Origin: Negaprion brevirostris
Taxonomy: Eukaryota
Assembly: GCA_030324005.1 (NCBI GenBank)
Contig: JARDVH010000124.1
Span: 50,895,029-50,959,028, forward strand
DNA: 64,000 nt
Direction of reading: 5' to 3'
Made by a program: the position numbers and the translations under genes. Shown here one piece after another: positions 60,706 to 64,000 of this stretch. Under the pieces are notes generated by a model that made no database searches, was not told the DNA's origin, and saw only the letters and a list, made by a program, of their open reading frames with translations. Position 1 is the first letter of the stretch; each line of letters starts with the position of its first letter.

Positions 60706-62116
60706 TTAGAATTAGTTAGCACAAAAACAAGTACGCTCATGTCATGCTGAATTTTCAGCTTTTTAACACTTCAGGACTGAGATCCAGGCAGAGGTTCCAG
60801 AGAAGGATATATCCTCAAAACAGCGGATAAGTAAACTGGGTCTCAGCAGCTCCCTATCTCCTAATTTCAGAGGCTGAAAGGGATACCTCTCTCTCTGCAA
60901 CTTTCAAAGTAACAACACTCAGAGAAAGATCTACTGTCAGAGCAGAATCTTCAAAAAAAAGACTCATCTCTTGGCAGATTCCAGTCTCCAAATTCAGAGA
61001 GGGGAAAAGACAGCTACTGCTCTCTCAAATCAAAAGTAGCATTCAAGCTTGAATACTGTGTAAATCTAGTTGTACCCAGTCATCTGACCAACCATGTCAA
61101 TAATCCCAATCAAGCCTCACTCTGCAAAATTTTGATTGGGGAACACCAAGAACAACAGAACAGCATTAGTTCAGACTAAGCAAGTATGCTGCTTCAGAGC
61201 AATACAGGATGCCAGTTGTAGAGAGATATGGCTCCGATAAGATGGACAGGACTGTGAAAAATATCCTGCACAGAAACATGACTAAAATACATTTCTTAAA
61301 GGCACAGTATCAACACACTCTCACCTTTCTCAAATAATAGAATCATTTTTGAAATTTTCAACCAGAAAGAGGCAATTCCTGAATCAAGAGCACTTTGGAA
61401 GATGATGACTCAAATATCTGAAATTTGGAAAGCATATTGAGGATTCATCAATCTCTCATCCCATTACTGTTTCTAATATTGTTTGCTTGCTTACATTAAC
61501 TTCAGAGTTCAGGTCCTTGATTCATGATTAATTTCTCTATAATGTAGGTTTAACAGCCTTTTCCTCCACTGTGAAGTCTGGCAAAAAAATAATTATTTAA
61601 CAATTCTACCATTTCCTTATTTTCATTTGCAATATGAAGTCCATCTGTTTTCTGAAAAGCCAAGTTAGTCTTGCCTACCATTTTTCTACCAAGATAATTG
61701 ACGTCTTTCCAAAATGTGATGTCCAATTTTTACAGAACTGAGTGCTCTGTAAAGATTTAGCATGACTTCCTTGTTTTTGTATCCAATGCTTCTATTTATA
61801 AACCCAAATGTCACATTTGTTTTTTTAACATCAAAGTGCTTTTCCACCTGCAAAAATATGCATTCCCAAGTCCTTTTGCTTGTCTATCCCCATTCAAAGT
61901 AGTGCCATTTAGCTGACACTACCTGTCCCAAAATGTCTCATTTCACCAGTCAATATCTTCCTCAAGTATGCTAACCACTGCTGACTATACCAAGTTTTCA
62001 ATCATTCCTGAATTTCAAAATTGCATCCCTTACACCTGAAACCAGGTCATTTATACTACAATGTGAAAAGCAATGGTCCAGATAGAACCGAGTGCATCCC
62101 ACTGCTCACTCCTCTT

Positions 62117-62370
62117 TAGTGCAGGACTGAGGGAGTACTGCACTGCCAGAGGTTCTGCCTTTCAGAGTAAATGGCGTTCAGTTGGACAGAAAGGATGCCA
62201 TATAATTATTTGAAGAACACAAAGGTTCATCTTGGTGTCCTAACCAATTTTCATCCCTCAATGAACACCATCAAAATGAGACAATCTGGTCATTTACCTT
62301 GTAGCTGTTTGTTGGGCCTTGTGGAAATCAGCTTCTGCATTTGACCATACAACAACGCATATGACACTTT
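62117..62370 (+). mobile_element. Deu-domain SINE fragment
   Basis: agtgcaggactgaggggagtactgcactgccagagg...ggtgtcctaaccaattttcatccctcaa...tctggtcatt. Confidence 0.75.
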
Positions 62371-62371
62371 C

Positions 62372-63130
62372 TAACTGAATGCTAACTTTCAATGACTGAC
62401 AATCAAGAACACGGAGTACCTTTTGCACATCAACACTTCCCAGTCTCTCCTCATTCAAAAAAATATTCCGCATATCTGTTTTTCTTAAGTGCATAGTCTG
62501 CATTTTACACATTATATTCCATCTGTATTGTTTGTGCCCACTTGCAGCCTGTCTGAATCCCCTTAAAGCCTCTTTGCATCCTCCTCGCATCTCACATTCC
62601 CACCACATTTCTTGTCATTAGCAAATTTGGAAACATGTAGTCCCCACGTAAATTATTGACATAGATTGTGGATAGCTGTAGCCCAAGCACTGATTCTTGT
62701 AGTACCCCATGAGTCATAGCCTGTCAATTTGAAAACAATCCATTTATTCCTAATCTCAGATTTCTGTCCATTAACCAATCCTGAATTCATGCCAGTGTAT
62801 TACCCACAACATGCTCTCATTTTGCTTACTAATCTTTTGTGTCGAACCTTGTCAAAAACCTTCTGAAAATCAAAATACACATTTCCACTGGTTCCTCCTT
62901 AGCTATTCTGCCAACAACATCCTCAAAAAGCTTCCAATAAGTTTGTCAAACATGATTTCTTTTTCTTCAATCCATATCCATGCCCAAGCCTACCATTATT
63001 TTCTAAAATTATACAGCACAGGAAACAGCTTTTAACCCCATCATTCCCATGCAGGTCTTTTGAAAGAGCTATTTTATCAGTCCCATTTCACTGTTCTTCC
63101 CCCGACCCTAACCCTGCAAGGATTTCCTCC
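62372..63130 (-). mobile_element. CR1-type RT fragments
   Basis: tcattagcaaatttgg (KFANDK-like), gaaccttgtcaaaaaccttctgaaaatc (DFQKVFDKV). Confidence 0.75.
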
Positions 63131-63574
63131 TCAAAACTACATCCACTACCATCATTTTGCTACCATCAGCCACTCACATGGGGTCAGAACCTCTGCTTGC
63201 AGTCAAACACAATACCAATCTTGAAAACAAAGTGTTAAATGGGCCACATAGTAAGCTGTCCATCTCCACCAGGATTTCAAAACCTCAGCAGAGGTCAACT
63301 ATATTTCCACAGAATGGCAAAGGAAACCAGGAGGAGAATGACCTCGTCCAAACTTTGTACATCACTCAAGTGGTTGAAATGAGATTTGCAAACATTTGAC
63401 TGCACTGTCTCACCTTGAGCTGTGAATAGTACATAGTCTATAACTTAGAACAGAAAAATCACTTTTAAAAATCTTGGTAGGGAAACTGTTCAAGTCATGT
63501 TGCAACATTTTTAACTATAAAACATTACAGGCCTCCTCTTGTATTTACTTTGATTGTGCATTTAAGTAACCAAG

Positions 63575-63975
63575 TGTCCATTTTTGCCTCGAAATCATAT
63601 GATTCTGGTTCAAGCCCCATTCCAGACACTTGGGCACAATCTAGGCTGACACTTGAGTGCAGTACTGAAAGACAGCTGCATCGTCAGATGTACCATTTCC
63701 TAGGTGAGATGTGAAACCAAGGCCCTGTCCAGCCTCTTGGGCGGGTGCAAAACTGGAGGCACTATTGAAAGAGCAAGGCAGTATTCCCAATATCCTGACC
63801 AACATTCACCCTCTAAATAACATTAAGCAAGATCAAAGTCATCCATCTTTTGTTGTGGGGTCTTTCTGCAAACAAAGTGGCTGTTAAATGTCCCTGTAGA
63901 ACAAAATATTTTATTGGCTGTACAGCGTTTTGACACACAATGAGGTAAATGGAAGGCACTATAAAATACTTTAAG
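63575..63975 (+). mobile_element. Deu-domain SINE, near full length
   Basis: ggttcaagccccattccagacacttgggcacaatctaggctgacacttgagtgcagtactga...ttattggctgtacagcgttttg...ggcactatataaa. Confidence 0.8.
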
Positions 63976-64000
63976 TTTAAAATCATTTTCAGCCACCACA

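Larger units (their letters stand above)
59780..61315 (-). mobile_element. Solo LTR (same broad family as 18744-19470) containing two younger insertions
   Basis: Termini TGTTA...CAACA; the minus-strand start TGTTGATACTGTGCCTTTAAGAAATG matches the other LTR, and a cacctgRagtgaaac motif is shared near the 3' end. The TSD is imperfect (CAC). Confidence 0.75.
58555..61750 (-). mobile_element. Old CR1-type sequence (probably more than one copy), split by the LTR at 59780-61315
   Basis: The minus-strand PGNYKPVSLTS motif (cagatgttagactaacaggtttataatttcctgg) ends at 59770, and host sequence resumes after 61315 (tctcacctttctcaaata). Confidence 0.7.
33551..64000 (-). other. JMJD1C: 3' part of the long JMJD1C intron upstream of the exon 3 equivalent; exons 1-2 presumably lie beyond the window
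   Basis: I found no sequence encoding the preceding JMJD1C peptide (ending ...QWPAL) by eye. Confidence 0.7.

Noticed and set aside
1-64000. A novel prokaryote-style system (operon, CRISPR array, retron, defence island)
   Set aside because: The sequence is vertebrate intron with spliceosomal exons. There are no long intact ORFs and no repeat-spacer arrays, and all RT fragments are ordinary decayed CR1/L2/PLE copies.

Overview
This is eukaryotic (vertebrate) DNA, almost certainly from a shark draft assembly: it has HE1-type V-SINEs, Deu-domain SINEs, CR1/L2 LINEs, Penelope-like elements and eight N-gaps. The window lies inside JMJD1C (KDM3-family histone demethylase), transcribed on the minus strand. 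Four coding exons can be read with canonical AG/GT boundaries and a continuous frame: 33437-33550, 4135-4240, 3772-3896 and 1505-1648, equivalent to human exons 3-6 as I recall them. Everything else is intron, and most ORFs in the track are spurious or decayed retroelement fragments. I find no operon-like, CRISPR-like or otherwise new multi-gene system. The most interesting signals are: (1) a CpG-rich intronic island at about 41.6-42.6 kb that looks like an internal JMJD1C promoter or non-coding exon, with a 45-nt hairpin, uORFs and usable splice sites; (2) two minimal hammerhead ribozyme motifs carried by Penelope-like elements, one in the sense of the pre-mRNA; (3) two solo LTRs, one with a clean 4-bp TSD and one forming a nested transposon stack; (4) several candidate enhancers and odd tandem repeats. 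Repeat family names and boundaries come from by-eye recognition and are approximate.
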